Below, in pieces: positions 1-10,345 of a stretch of DNA of 64,000 nt. Numbering within the stretch: the first letter of the stretch is position 1; each line of letters begins with the position of its first letter. The position numbers were made by a program, and so were the translations under genes. This stretch comes from Candidatus Uhrbacteria bacterium (lineage in GTDB: Bacteria > Patescibacteriota > Patescibacteriia > JACPHY01): assembly GCA_016188355.1 (NCBI GenBank), contig JACPHY010000001.1:111505-175504 (forward strand), read 5' to 3'. Below the pieces are notes generated by a model, which had not been told where the DNA came from, made no database searches, and saw only the letters and a list, made by a program, of their open reading frames with translations.

Positions 1-1293
<1,293 letters not shown>

Positions 1294-1390
1294 GGGTGGT
1301 AACGCGGGGGGGGGGGGATGTGGTTTTGGTGTCTCTTGTCTCGTTTTGTTTGTGCGGTTATGGCTGGAGATGCGCTCGGGGTGCCTTGGT

Positions 1391-1408
1391 CTTATTCGTA
1401 CGAATAAG
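1391..1408. repeat. Perfect 18-bp palindrome CTTATTCGTACGAATAAG in the ligA-gatC intergenic region
   Basis: The sequence equals its own reverse complement and is followed by further CGAATA/CGAAC units. Confidence 0.8.
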
Positions 1409-1551
1409 CGAATAATACGAACACTCCGCATGATGCTGGCGGATGTGGAGGAACTGCGTTACGCTGGCAGAGCACAATGGCGACCCTGGTGATCTGCGGT
1501 CAGACCATCGAATGGAAAGGTGATTGGGGTACGAGAAATATCCGTGATGCT

Positions 1552-1848
1552 ATGGCACTCACTCGTGCGGATGTCCTTCATCTTGCGAAACTTGCTCGGA
1601 TGACGTTGACCGATACGGAGGTGGACCATTACACGGCCCAGCTGTCTTCAGTGCTCGCGTATATTGATCAATTGCAGGAAGTGGATGTGACCGGTGTGGA
1701 TGCGGTCGCGCACCTGACGGGTTTGGAGAATGTCACCCGCGAAGATGTGGTGCACGGATGTGGAGCAGAGGAGCGGGAACGTATCCTCGCACAATTTCCC
1801 ATGCGAGAAGGCGATCTCCTCAAAGCGCGTGGCGTATTCGGATCGTAG
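1552..1848 (+). CDS. gatC: Asp/Glu-tRNA amidotransferase subunit C
   Basis: MALTRADVLHLAKLARM...LENVTRED motif, upstream of gatA. Start moved to ATG 1552. Confidence 0.93.
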   Translation: MALTRADVLHLAKLARMTLTDTEVDHYTAQLSSVLAYIDQLQEVDVTGVDAVAHLTGLENVTREDVVHGCGAEERERILAQFPMREGDLLKARGVFGS

Positions 1849-1866
1849 CCACGCGACGCAACGCAT

Positions 1867-2394
1867 ATGACGTTTCGTGCTCGCTCCGGTTTTCTCTCGA
1901 TCGATGCGCTCCTCCTGGCGTTCGCGTTGACCGCTTCGTTGTTTTTGGGCAGTGCGCGTCCGGCGGCGCGATCGTCCGCTCTTACCCGTCCGGAGTCCCG
2001 GGATGCGAAGCGCCTCTCCGATATGCGACAACTGCAAACAGCGCTGGAAATATACTACGCCGACCTTGGTGGGTATCCGGCGGGATCATTTTCCATGCTC
2101 GGCGATGCGGCGACGACCTGTTTGCATGCGAGGGGATTTGCGCCGGGTGGTTGCAGTAATCCGTACATGGGGGAGGTTCCCAAGAATCCCGAGCCGGGTG
2201 GCCGGCCCTATCACTACACCGCGTATCGAGATATGGCGCATCGGCAGGTATGTGCGCGCGCGCCGTGCCCGGGATTCGAAATCGCGTTTGATCTTGAATT
2301 CGCAAAGCCCGACACCGGAGACCGAATGCGTGATACGGCCGCTCGTGGCGTGGCGCATTGCATTGTTTCAGAAAACGGTATGCGCTGCCGATGA
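1867..2394 (+). CDS. Type IV pilin/GspG-like protein
   Basis: Degenerate prepilin N-terminus (SGFLSIDALLLAFAL), SRDAKRLSDMRQLQTALEIYY..GGYP and YMGEVPKNP, paired Cys. Confidence 0.75.
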   Translation: MTFRARSGFLSIDALLLAFALTASLFLGSARPAARSSALTRPESRDAKRLSDMRQLQTALEIYYADLGGYPAGSFSMLGDAATTCLHARGFAPGGCSNPYMGEVPKNPEPGGRPYHYTAYRDMAHRQVCARAPCPGFEIAFDLEFAKPDTGDRMRDTAARGVAHCIVSENGMRCR

Positions 2395-2409
2395 GGCGCG
2401 TTCCTGGGT

Positions 2410-3879
2410 ATGGAATACACTTCCGTTACTGACCTTGCTGCAGGATTGCGTGCGCGATCCTATTCGGCAGAAGAATTGACCCGTTCCTACATTGATCGGA
2501 TCGCGGCGCGCGATTCGCGTGTGGGTGCGTACCTCCATCGCATGGAGGAGGATGCGCTGATGACGGCACGTCGTGTGGATGCCATGATTGCGTGCGGGGA
2601 GGAGCTCATGCCGCTCGCGGGTATTCCGATGGCAGTGAAAGATGTGCTGCTTGTGGCCGGACATCCGGCAACTGCGGCATCGAAAATGCTCGAACCATAC
2701 GTAGCGGCGTACGATGCCACGGTAGTTGCGAAGCTCAAACAGCAGGACGCCGTACTCCTCGGGAAAACGAATTGTGATGAATTTGCGATGGGTTCGTCCA
2801 CCGAGAATTCGGCATACCAGAAAACGAGCAATCCTTGGGATGTGGCCGTAGTTCCCGGCGGATCCTCCGGCGGTTCTGCGGCGGCGGTTGCAGCAGATTT
2901 GTGTGCGGCATCGCTCGGTACAGACACTGGTGGATCGGTGCGTCAGCCGGCGAGTCTCTGTGGAGTCGTGGGTCTCAAGCCGACGTACGGCGCGGTGTCG
3001 CGGTACGGGCTTATTGCCATGGCGTCGAGTTTTGATGTGGTGGGTCCATTTACGCGGACCGTCGCCGATGCGCGGCTGGTGTTTGCGGCGATCGCCGGGA
3101 GCGATCCGAAGGATGCGACCACGCAGGAGCCGCGGACCACCGGCCAGCGGCCACCGGCCGTACGCGGACTTCGGGTGGGCATTCCGAAGGAGTATTTTGC
3201 TTCCGGTATCGATCCGGATGTGGAAGCGGCGGTGCGCGAAGCGATTCGGGTGATCGAGGGATTGGGGTGCACGATCGAAGAGGTTTCGCTCCCGCACACG
3301 CAGTATGGGCTTGCCGTGTATTACGTGCTCATGCCGTCGGAGGTCTCTGCGAACCTCGCGCGTTTTGACGGGATTCGGTACGGCGCATCGCTCGCCCGCA
3401 CGGAGCCGCACGCCGCCTTGCCGCGCGTGTACACGGAAACACGCACCCAGGGATTCGGTCCGGAGACGCGTCGTCGGATCATGCTCGGCACGTACGCGCT
3501 CTCGAAGGGATATGCGGATAAGTACTATACACGCGCACTCGCGGTGCGTGCGTTGCTCAAGCAGGATTTTGAGCGCGCATTTGCGAGCGTGGATGTGCTC
3601 CTAACGCCCACCGCGCCAACTCCCGCGTGGTCGTTCGGTGCGAAAACGGACGATCCGTTGCAGATGTACCTCTCCGATGTGTTTACGGTTTCCGCAAACG
3701 TCGTCGGGATTCCGGGTATGTCCGTCCCCTGTGGGTTTGTGGAACGGAGCGGCAAGCGCTTGCCCGTAGGTCTCCAGCTGCTCGGTCGTTGGTTTGACGA
3801 GTCCACGCTATTTGATCTGGGAGAGGCGTATCAGGAAGCCACGACTTGGCATCGGGAGCGACCGCCGCTAGCATCGTAG
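2410..3879 (+). CDS. gatA: Asp/Glu-tRNA amidotransferase subunit A
   Basis: Amidase signature GGSSGGSAAAV, GTDTGGSVRQP, GKTNCDEFAMGSSTENS, SANLARFDG. Confidence 0.97.
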   Translation: MEYTSVTDLAAGLRARSYSAEELTRSYIDRIAARDSRVGAYLHRMEEDALMTARRVDAMIACGEELMPLAGIPMAVKDVLLVAGHPATAASKMLEPYVAAYDATVVAKLKQQDAVLLGKTNCDEFAMGSSTENSAYQKTSNPWDVAVVPGGSSGGSAAAVAADLCAASLGTDTGGSVRQPASLCGVVGLKPTYGAVSRYGLIAMASSFDVVGPFTRTVADARLVFAAIAGSDPKDATTQEPRTTGQRPPAVRGLRVGIPKEYFASGIDPDVEAAVREAIRVIEGLGCTIEEVSLPHTQYGLAVYYVLMPSEVSANLARFDGIRYGASLARTEPHAALPRVYTETRTQGFGPETRRRIMLGTYALSKGYADKYYTRALAVRALLKQDFERAFASVDVLLTPTAPTPAWSFGAKTDDPLQMYLSDVFTVSANVVGIPGMSVPCGFVERSGKRLPVGLQLLGRWFDESTLFDLGEAYQEATTWHRERPPLAS

Positions 3880-3930
3880 TCACGAATGCGTAACGAATCA
3901 TCCCCAGGACGTGCGTCCTGGGGATCGATG

Positions 3931-4992
3931 TTACTGGAGGATCATGAACGTGCCGTCGGGCAGCTGGCGGGCGAGTGTGTATCTCCCGCTTTTTTCGGCA
4001 GCGGCGAAAGCGGCATCGGCTGCGCGGCGACGGTGCTCCGGGCTGAGATGGTACATGGCGGCCACACGGTACGCGCCGAGAGCATCGTGTTCCGCAAGCC
4101 GCTCGTCATACCATGCGGTTGCAGCGCGTGTTCGATGCTCGGCCGTAAGTCCGCTTTTTGGTCGGTACGCGAGACTGAGCGCTTCTCGGAACTTGCCGTC
4201 ACGGAGCAGTTGTTCGAATTGCTGATTCGTGAGTTCTGATATTTCCGGAACGGTCCTGGAGATGGGCCGTGTGGTGACGAGCTCGATGATCCGTTCCTTC
4301 TGATGGTTGCCGATGGCGGAAGCGAGCTCGGAATCGGCGACTCGCGTTTCTATTCGGCGCAGTACTTCCGGAGGGACGCGGTTTTGGTAGAGATGCGATA
4401 AATGGATCGCGGGATACAGGAAATTGTGCGACTCGGCCCAGGTGAGAATGGACAGTATTTGTGCGTCGGTGGGCGGATGTCGTTCCCGGAATTCTTGTTC
4501 GTCGAAGCTCGGACCATCGAGCCATCGCAGCGCCACGATCGCCTCGTGGTATGGAGACGTTGGGCACCAGGATATCGTATGGAGGAGTGCGTCCGCTGTT
4601 TTTGCTTCCCCTCCGAGTACTCCTATGGAGAATCGATCCGTGTATCGGGAATCCGCATAGCGCGTGAGTGCCCGTTCCACGATGCCACAGATGGTTGCGG
4701 TGGGCAGCTGTGCAGCGTCTGCGGTGACCGCAAAGGCAAGATGATTCCCAATCCATGCGCGCGACGAGGTTTCGGTTTGGATGGCGGTAGCGAGGAGTTT
4801 GTGAAACGCGTCCTGGGATATGAGCACGGAATGCTCTTTGGCTATTACCATCGCCTGTTTCGGGTCGCCGGAGGCAAGGTGATGGTGGATTTTGCTGATG
4901 ATGGACGACCGGAGCGACCAGGCGCTCCCCGCAATAAGAAGGATGCTGCAGAGCATCACGAAGACTGCCGGCTTTTTCCAGTTCGCGTTCAC
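3931..4992 (-). CDS. Hypothetical membrane-anchored helical protein
   Basis: 353-aa ORF with an N-terminal hydrophobic helix and an SD-like GAGGAAGGA upstream of the GTG. Confidence 0.7.
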   Translation of the reverse strand: MNANWKKPAVFVMLCSILLIAGSAWSLRSSIISKIHHHLASGDPKQAMVIAKEHSVLISQDAFHKLLATAIQTETSSRAWIGNHLAFAVTADAAQLPTATICGIVERALTRYADSRYTDRFSIGVLGGEAKTADALLHTISWCPTSPYHEAIVALRWLDGPSFDEQEFRERHPPTDAQILSILTWAESHNFLYPAIHLSHLYQNRVPPEVLRRIETRVADSELASAIGNHQKERIIELVTTRPISRTVPEISELTNQQFEQLLRDGKFREALSLAYRPKSGLTAEHRTRAATAWYDERLAEHDALGAYRVAAMYHLSPEHRRRAADAAFAAAEKSGRYTLARQLPDGTFMILQ

Positions 4993-5064
4993 GGTGTTTC
5001 CTTCCTCGTTGGTTGAGAATGTGCGAATCGATCATGCCAAAGGGCGATGATTCGGTCAAGCGCA

Positions 5065-5095
5065 ACCACCCCCAAGCATGATGCTTGGGGGTGGT
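5065..5095. terminator. Hairpin downstream of dsbA-like gene
   Basis: ACCACCCCCAAGCAT / ATGCTTGGGGGTGGT inverted repeat just past the - strand stop at 5109. Confidence 0.6.
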
Positions 5096-5108
5096 GGTGC
5101 GGAGGGGC

Positions 5109-5870
5109 CTATTGATTGAGCGCCTGCTCGATGAGGCTCTTCAATTGTGCGTAGGGGACTGCGCCGGGCACTTCCATGCCGTTCACGTAACTGGCGGGCG
5201 TACCGCGGACGCCGATGGCGAGTCCCGATTGCTCCTGTCCCTCCACCTTCTTCTGGTACTTTCGGGAAGTGACGCAGTCGTTGAACTGTTTCTCATTGAG
5301 CTTCAGGTCTTTCGCGATCCGCTTGTAGAGATCGGGCCCGAGTGCATCCTGCTGCTCAAAGAGTTTGTCCGCGTATTCCCAGAATTTGCCCTGCTCCGAC
5401 GCGCATTCCGATGCTTCTGCGGCGGGCCGTGCATTCGGGTGAATAGATTCCAGTGGGAAATGCCGATACACCCATCGCACCTTGTCTCCATATTCGCTCA
5501 TGGCCTGACGGACGGTGGGGTGGAAGCGTGAGCAGAAGGGGCATTGAAAATCCGACCATTCCACAATCGTTACTTTTGCATTGGGATTCCCACGGATGTG
5601 GTCATCATCGGTTACCGTGATATTGACGGGGCCACTGGGCGCTGCATCTGGTGCGGCCCCACTCGGTGCCGTGGGCGCGGTGGGCGCCGCAGCGGTGCCG
5701 GTGTCCGCCGGCTTCCCGGATTGTGCGCGAATCGCTCCCGGCAGGAGAATGAGGAAACCGAGCAGGCCAATCGTGCCGACGCCACATGCCATGCCCACCC
5801 CAAACGCGGTGCGGACCGGAACGTGATCTACCCAACCCGAGCGACTATCGGAATGCGTGTCGTGATCCAT
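5109..5870 (-). CDS. dsbA: DsbA-family thiol-disulfide oxidoreductase
   Basis: N-terminal TM helix, HIRGNPNAKVTIVEWSDFQCPFC, RHFPL, GVRGTP. Confidence 0.9.
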   Translation of the reverse strand: MDHDTHSDSRSGWVDHVPVRTAFGVGMACGVGTIGLLGFLILLPGAIRAQSGKPADTGTAAAPTAPTAPSGAAPDAAPSGPVNITVTDDDHIRGNPNAKVTIVEWSDFQCPFCSRFHPTVRQAMSEYGDKVRWVYRHFPLESIHPNARPAAEASECASEQGKFWEYADKLFEQQDALGPDLYKRIAKDLKLNEKQFNDCVTSRKYQKKVEGQEQSGLAIGVRGTPASYVNGMEVPGAVPYAQLKSLIEQALNQ

Positions 5871-5997
5871 AGAGGAAACAAATACGTCTACTCGTCAGTG
5901 TACCAAGGGGCATGGGAACGACGCAATGGAAGTTGAGGGAGATTCAGGTGCGCGGTACGCTACCAGGAGAGTATAACGGTATCTCCAGTATCTCGGT

Positions 5998-6666
5998 ATG
6001 CGCCAGCTCGTCATTGACATTGAAACCAGTGCCCCAGAATTTGATTCGTTTGATGTGGAAACGCAGGAGTATCTCCTCAAGCGGGCAAATACGCCGGAGA
6101 AAATTGCGGAAGTAAAAGAGCGGTTGAATATTTTCCCATTGACCGGAGAAATTGTGGCGATTGGGATGGTGGATGTGGCGACGGAGCAGGGAACGGTATA
6201 TTACCAGGCTCCCGGTCGCACCATTGCGCCGTTTACGGAGGATGGGACGCACTACGTTGCGGGGACGGAAGCGGAGTGTCTCCAGCGATTCTGGTCCGCT
6301 AGTGCCGACGCCGACCGCATTATCACCTTCAATGGCCGGGCATTCGATGCGCCGTGGCTCCTCCTACGGTCGTTGGTGCACGGTATTCCGGCAGCGCGTA
6401 ACCTCATGCCGCCGCGGTACTCGACCGGGTTTCATGTAGACCTAGCGGATCAGCTCACCTATTACGGCGCCGTGCGTAACTTCTCGCTCGATTTTTGGTG
6501 CAAGACGCTCGGCATTCCTAGCCCGAAAACGGACATTTCCGGCGCAGATGTCCCGTCTATCTATCGCGCAGGGGAATACGAACGGATTGCGCGGTACTGT
6601 ATTCGTGATGTGCGTGCGACGCGGGTGCTGTTCCTGAAGTGGGAAGCGACGATCGGTCAATGGTAA
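5998..6666 (+). CDS. PolB-like 3'-5' exonuclease (RNase H fold)
   Basis: DIET, TFNGRAFDAP, HVDL, IARYCIRDV (DEDD-type motifs). Paralog at 56281-57012. Confidence 0.85.
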   Translation: MRQLVIDIETSAPEFDSFDVETQEYLLKRANTPEKIAEVKERLNIFPLTGEIVAIGMVDVATEQGTVYYQAPGRTIAPFTEDGTHYVAGTEAECLQRFWSASADADRIITFNGRAFDAPWLLLRSLVHGIPAARNLMPPRYSTGFHVDLADQLTYYGAVRNFSLDFWCKTLGIPSPKTDISGADVPSIYRAGEYERIARYCIRDVRATRVLFLKWEATIGQW

Positions 6667-7433
6667 TGGATATGCCCATGGAATCGGTAACTACGATTTG
6701 GCTCGGGCCGGTTCCGGTGCACGTGTGGGGTGTTTTCGTAGCGGCGGGCATGATGGTGGCTTTGGCGATTGCCGTACGGCGAGCGCCTCGGGTGGGTATT
6801 CCGGCAGAGCGAGTACTAGATATTTCGATCGGTATCCTCATCGCGGGGTTTGTGGGTGCGCGATTGGGGCATGTGACGTTCTACGAACCGTCCTATTATC
6901 TGGCTGCTCCGATCGAAATATTGAAAATTTGGAACGGCGGCCTCTCCTCGTTTGGGGCATTTTTGATTGCCACCATTGTTGGGGCGCTGCTCGTTCGGAG
7001 GAGCGGAATTTCACTGCGCCGCTTCAGCGATCTCATATTTCGGGCGCTTCCCTTTGGATTTATCATTGGCCGTTTGGGGTGTCATATCACCCGGATGCAC
7101 CCGGGTCCGATCGGCTCGGGGTGGGGCTACTTCCCGTTTCCGGATGGATTCACGCGACTCGACCTCGGACTCCTGGAGGCGGTGCTCTGGGCGGTCATTG
7201 CTATTCCCGCGCTATTCGTGGATCGTGCAGATGCACATCCCGGGCGTGTGACGGCAGTGGTGATTGGTATGTACGCATTGGGTCGATTTGGCCTCGATTT
7301 TCTTCGTGCGATGGACACACGATATTTCGGACTCACGCCGGCACAGTATGGATGCATGGTGCTCCTCGTCATCGCTGTCGCATGGGGGCGGGGCGCCTGG
7401 GTGGCGGGTGCTCGATCAGGGAAGAGTGTGTGA
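6666..7433 (+). CDS. lgt: Prolipoprotein diacylglyceryl transferase
   Basis: GARLGHV, KIWNGGLSSFG, IGRLGC, RF.LDFLR. Exact start uncertain (6666/6672/6678). Confidence 0.85.
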   Translation: MDMPMESVTTIWLGPVPVHVWGVFVAAGMMVALAIAVRRAPRVGIPAERVLDISIGILIAGFVGARLGHVTFYEPSYYLAAPIEILKIWNGGLSSFGAFLIATIVGALLVRRSGISLRRFSDLIFRALPFGFIIGRLGCHITRMHPGPIGSGWGYFPFPDGFTRLDLGLLEAVLWAVIAIPALFVDRADAHPGRVTAVVIGMYALGRFGLDFLRAMDTRYFGLTPAQYGCMVLLVIAVAWGRGAWVAGARSGKSV

Positions 7434-7437
7434 TCGT

Positions 7438-8964
7438 ATGTGGAATTACCGCATCACCACCTTCCTGACCGGCGCTGCCGTCATGATTGCGGAGATTGGA
7501 GCGGCGCGTGCGTTGGCGCCGTATTTTGGAACGTCCATTGTGGTGTGGACGAATATTATTGGGAGCATTCTCGTGGCGTTGAGCGTGGGGTACTGGATCG
7601 GTGGTCGATGGGCGGAACGTTGTCCCGATCGGCGGTGTTTAGGCGGAATCATCATGAGTGCGGGTGCCTTGCTCCTCCTCCCGGGTTTCGCCACTCCCCT
7701 GATTGCGCGCGGCATGATCGGGGATACGCCATGGTTGGGTAGTGGATTTACTGCGTTGCTTTTCGGATCACTCTTGGTCATCGTGTTGCTGTTCGTGGTG
7801 CCGATCGCGCTCCTGGGTATGGTGAGTCCGTTCGTGCTCAAGCTAGCGGCGCGGGAACGGAGTGACATTGGCGCAATCGCGGGGCAACTGTATGCCATTT
7901 CCACGATTGGTAGTCTGGTGGGCACATTTCTCCCGACACTCGTCCTTCTGCCCACTCTGGGAACGCGACGCACGGTGCTCGCTGCGGCAACGTTGTTGTT
8001 GGTGCTTGGCGCGGCACAGTTTGTCCGTCGGCGCGTCTCGGTCGTGGCTGTGGGTGTGGTCGGTTTGTTGCTCATCGCGCTTCCGGAACATCCTCCGGCA
8101 TGGTGGGGGGGAGGAACGGTGATTGCGGCGGTGGATTCGCCTTACCAATTCATTCGCGTGGTGGATCATCCGCGCATTGCGTACGGATCTCCTGGTCGTG
8201 CACTCGTGTTCAATGAAGGGTTGAGCACGCAATCGCTCGCGGTACGTTCCGGGGATGCGCTCCAAGGATATTTTGCGGTCGCGGCTGCGTTGCCGGGCGC
8301 ATTCGCGGAGCAGCCCGTATCAGTACTCATTCTCGGGAATGCAGGTGGGACGGTCGGCGCAGCGATGCAGCAGTGGTTTCCGAAGGGCGCGGTGGAGATT
8401 ACCGGTGTGGAGATTGACCCCGCCGTCACCGCGCTGGCGCGCGCGACGTTTGCTCATTTTCCGGAGTATCCGATTGCGCATACGGACAGCCGTGTGTTTT
8501 TGGAACGGAACCAGCGGCAGTACGACCTCATTCTGGTGGATGCGTACACGAATCAGTTGACGATTCCGTCGCACCTGGTGACGCGGGAGTTCTTCCAGCT
8601 CCTTCAACGCCGTCTGACGCCGCGTGGGTTTATTGCGATGAATATCAATGCGCCGCGCGCGGATTCTCCGTTACTGCAAATCCTTCTGGCGACGGTTGCC
8701 GATGTTTTTCCGCGGGTGACGGTAGGACATGCGGGGACGGCGTGGAATTATCTCGTGACGGGAAGCGATGCGCCGATTGCGTGGGAGCGACTCCCGACGG
8801 TGGCGATGCCGGAACCGTCACGCGCCAGCGTGCATGCGTATCTCGCACAGCAGGCGGTCGTGCATCGCAATGATGTCGCACGAAAGCTCACAGATGATTG
8901 GGCACCGATTGAACTCATGACGGACGCGGAAGTGTTCACGGCTCTGCGAATGCACCGCGAGTAA
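7438..8964 (+). CDS. Fused membrane (MFS-like)/spermidine synthase-like methyltransferase
   Basis: TM region with APYFGTSIVVW and YAISTIGSLVGTF, then SAM-binding VLILGNAGG, VEIDP, YDLILVDAY. Confidence 0.88.
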   Translation: MWNYRITTFLTGAAVMIAEIGAARALAPYFGTSIVVWTNIIGSILVALSVGYWIGGRWAERCPDRRCLGGIIMSAGALLLLPGFATPLIARGMIGDTPWLGSGFTALLFGSLLVIVLLFVVPIALLGMVSPFVLKLAARERSDIGAIAGQLYAISTIGSLVGTFLPTLVLLPTLGTRRTVLAAATLLLVLGAAQFVRRRVSVVAVGVVGLLLIALPEHPPAWWGGGTVIAAVDSPYQFIRVVDHPRIAYGSPGRALVFNEGLSTQSLAVRSGDALQGYFAVAAALPGAFAEQPVSVLILGNAGGTVGAAMQQWFPKGAVEITGVEIDPAVTALARATFAHFPEYPIAHTDSRVFLERNQRQYDLILVDAYTNQLTIPSHLVTREFFQLLQRRLTPRGFIAMNINAPRADSPLLQILLATVADVFPRVTVGHAGTAWNYLVTGSDAPIAWERLPTVAMPEPSRASVHAYLAQQAVVHRNDVARKLTDDWAPIELMTDAEVFTALRMHRE

Positions 8965-8971
8965 TATTTTT

Positions 8972-9340
8972 ATGGGAGCATGCGTGGAATTCAATGCGAG
9001 CATGGCATTGCGGGATATCGCGGAATATCATGCCGGTCGTCGGAAGCTGGCCGAGTGCGTTCCGGAGACGCTCGCGGTGGGCGCGGTGCACGAGTTTTGG
9101 AAATCCGGGCATCGCATCTACCGTCTCGATCTCGAGACCCCACTTCGGAAGACCACCGGCAACTGTAACGTAACGCGGCCGTTCGCCAGCGTCCGGATCC
9201 TTGAGGTGACGCATGTGTTGGTCGACGGGGCGCCGGTCACCCGTGGCCGATATTGTCTGTTGGAGGTGTTCGATCCGCAGGATCCGACCGTGCATTTTGA
9301 AGGCGTCCTCCGCGTATCGAAGGGTGGACCGATCGAGTAG
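8972..9340 (+). CDS. DUF2584-like conserved protein
   Basis: MG..VEFN..., K.GHRIY.L..P, ILEVTH..TRG.Y pattern resembles DUF2584. Confidence 0.55.
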   Translation: MGACVEFNASMALRDIAEYHAGRRKLAECVPETLAVGAVHEFWKSGHRIYRLDLETPLRKTTGNCNVTRPFASVRILEVTHVLVDGAPVTRGRYCLLEVFDPQDPTVHFEGVLRVSKGGPIE

Positions 9341-9361
9341 TGTCTGTTTTTTGTTTTTTGT

Positions 9362-10345
9362 ATGGCGCGTGTCATTACGATTTTGGGTGCGGGAAACATG
9401 GGTACTGCGCTCGCGACGGTGCTCGCCGCGAATCGGTACGAGGTGGTGCTGTGGTCGATTGAGCCGGAGGTGGTTGCGGAGATTACGACGCAGCACCGTA
9501 CGGAAAAGTACCTTCCCGGCATGGTACTGCCGCCGCAGGTGACGGCTACGGGCGACCTGTCACAAGCGATGGCCAGTGCGCGCGGAGTCATTTTTGCGGT
9601 TCCTTCCTCGGTGATTGTACGGGTCGCTGCAGACGTTGCATCACACTGCGGGGTGCGCATGCCGGTGTTGAGTGTGGCCAAGGGGATTGATGCGGATACG
9701 CTGCAACCGTTGTCGGAGTGTATCGCGGGTGCATTGGGTCGTCGGCGCGGCACCGTGGCTGGACTAGCGGGTCCTGCGGTGGCCATGGAATTCGCCCGCG
9801 GCACCCCGACCGCCGTCGTGGTTGCCGGCACTCCTCTGGTGACGCGATTTTGGCAACGCGCATTCCGGCGGCCAGCATTTCACGTGGAGGAATCTCGGGA
9901 TCTCCGTGGGGTTTCTTGGGCGGCATGTCTCAAGAATGTGTATGCCGTGGCATTGGGCATGGGTGATGGGCTGGGTTTTACCATGAATACGAAGGCACTC
10001 CTCGTCACGCAGGCATTACGGGAAATGGCCACCTGTCTGGATCGGGTCTCGGCGCATCGTGCTACGGTGTATGGTCTCGCGGGGTTGGGTGATCTCGTGA
10101 CCACGGGGTTTTCTCCACATGGGCGAAATCGTCAGTTCGGTGCGCGCATCTGTGCTGGTACGCAATGCGATATCCCTGCAGTGCTGCGCACCATGACGGT
10201 GGAGGGTGTCGCCGCGGCGCAGGTGGCGCATCGGTGGGCGCGCGCGCAGCGTCTCCGGCTGCCGTTATTGGAACTCGTGTGGCGGGTGTGCCATCGAAAT
10301 GCAGATCCCACGCAGGCGATGCGCGCCTATCTCCAAGCGATATGA
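9362..10345 (+). CDS. gpsA: NAD(P)H-dependent glycerol-3-phosphate dehydrogenase
   Basis: GAGNMG Rossmann motif, AKGI, LKNVYA, GLAGLGDLVTT, RN, VEGV. Confidence 0.95.
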   Translation: MARVITILGAGNMGTALATVLAANRYEVVLWSIEPEVVAEITTQHRTEKYLPGMVLPPQVTATGDLSQAMASARGVIFAVPSSVIVRVAADVASHCGVRMPVLSVAKGIDADTLQPLSECIAGALGRRRGTVAGLAGPAVAMEFARGTPTAVVVAGTPLVTRFWQRAFRRPAFHVEESRDLRGVSWAACLKNVYAVALGMGDGLGFTMNTKALLVTQALREMATCLDRVSAHRATVYGLAGLGDLVTTGFSPHGRNRQFGARICAGTQCDIPAVLRTMTVEGVAAAQVAHRWARAQRLRLPLLELVWRVCHRNADPTQAMRAYLQAI

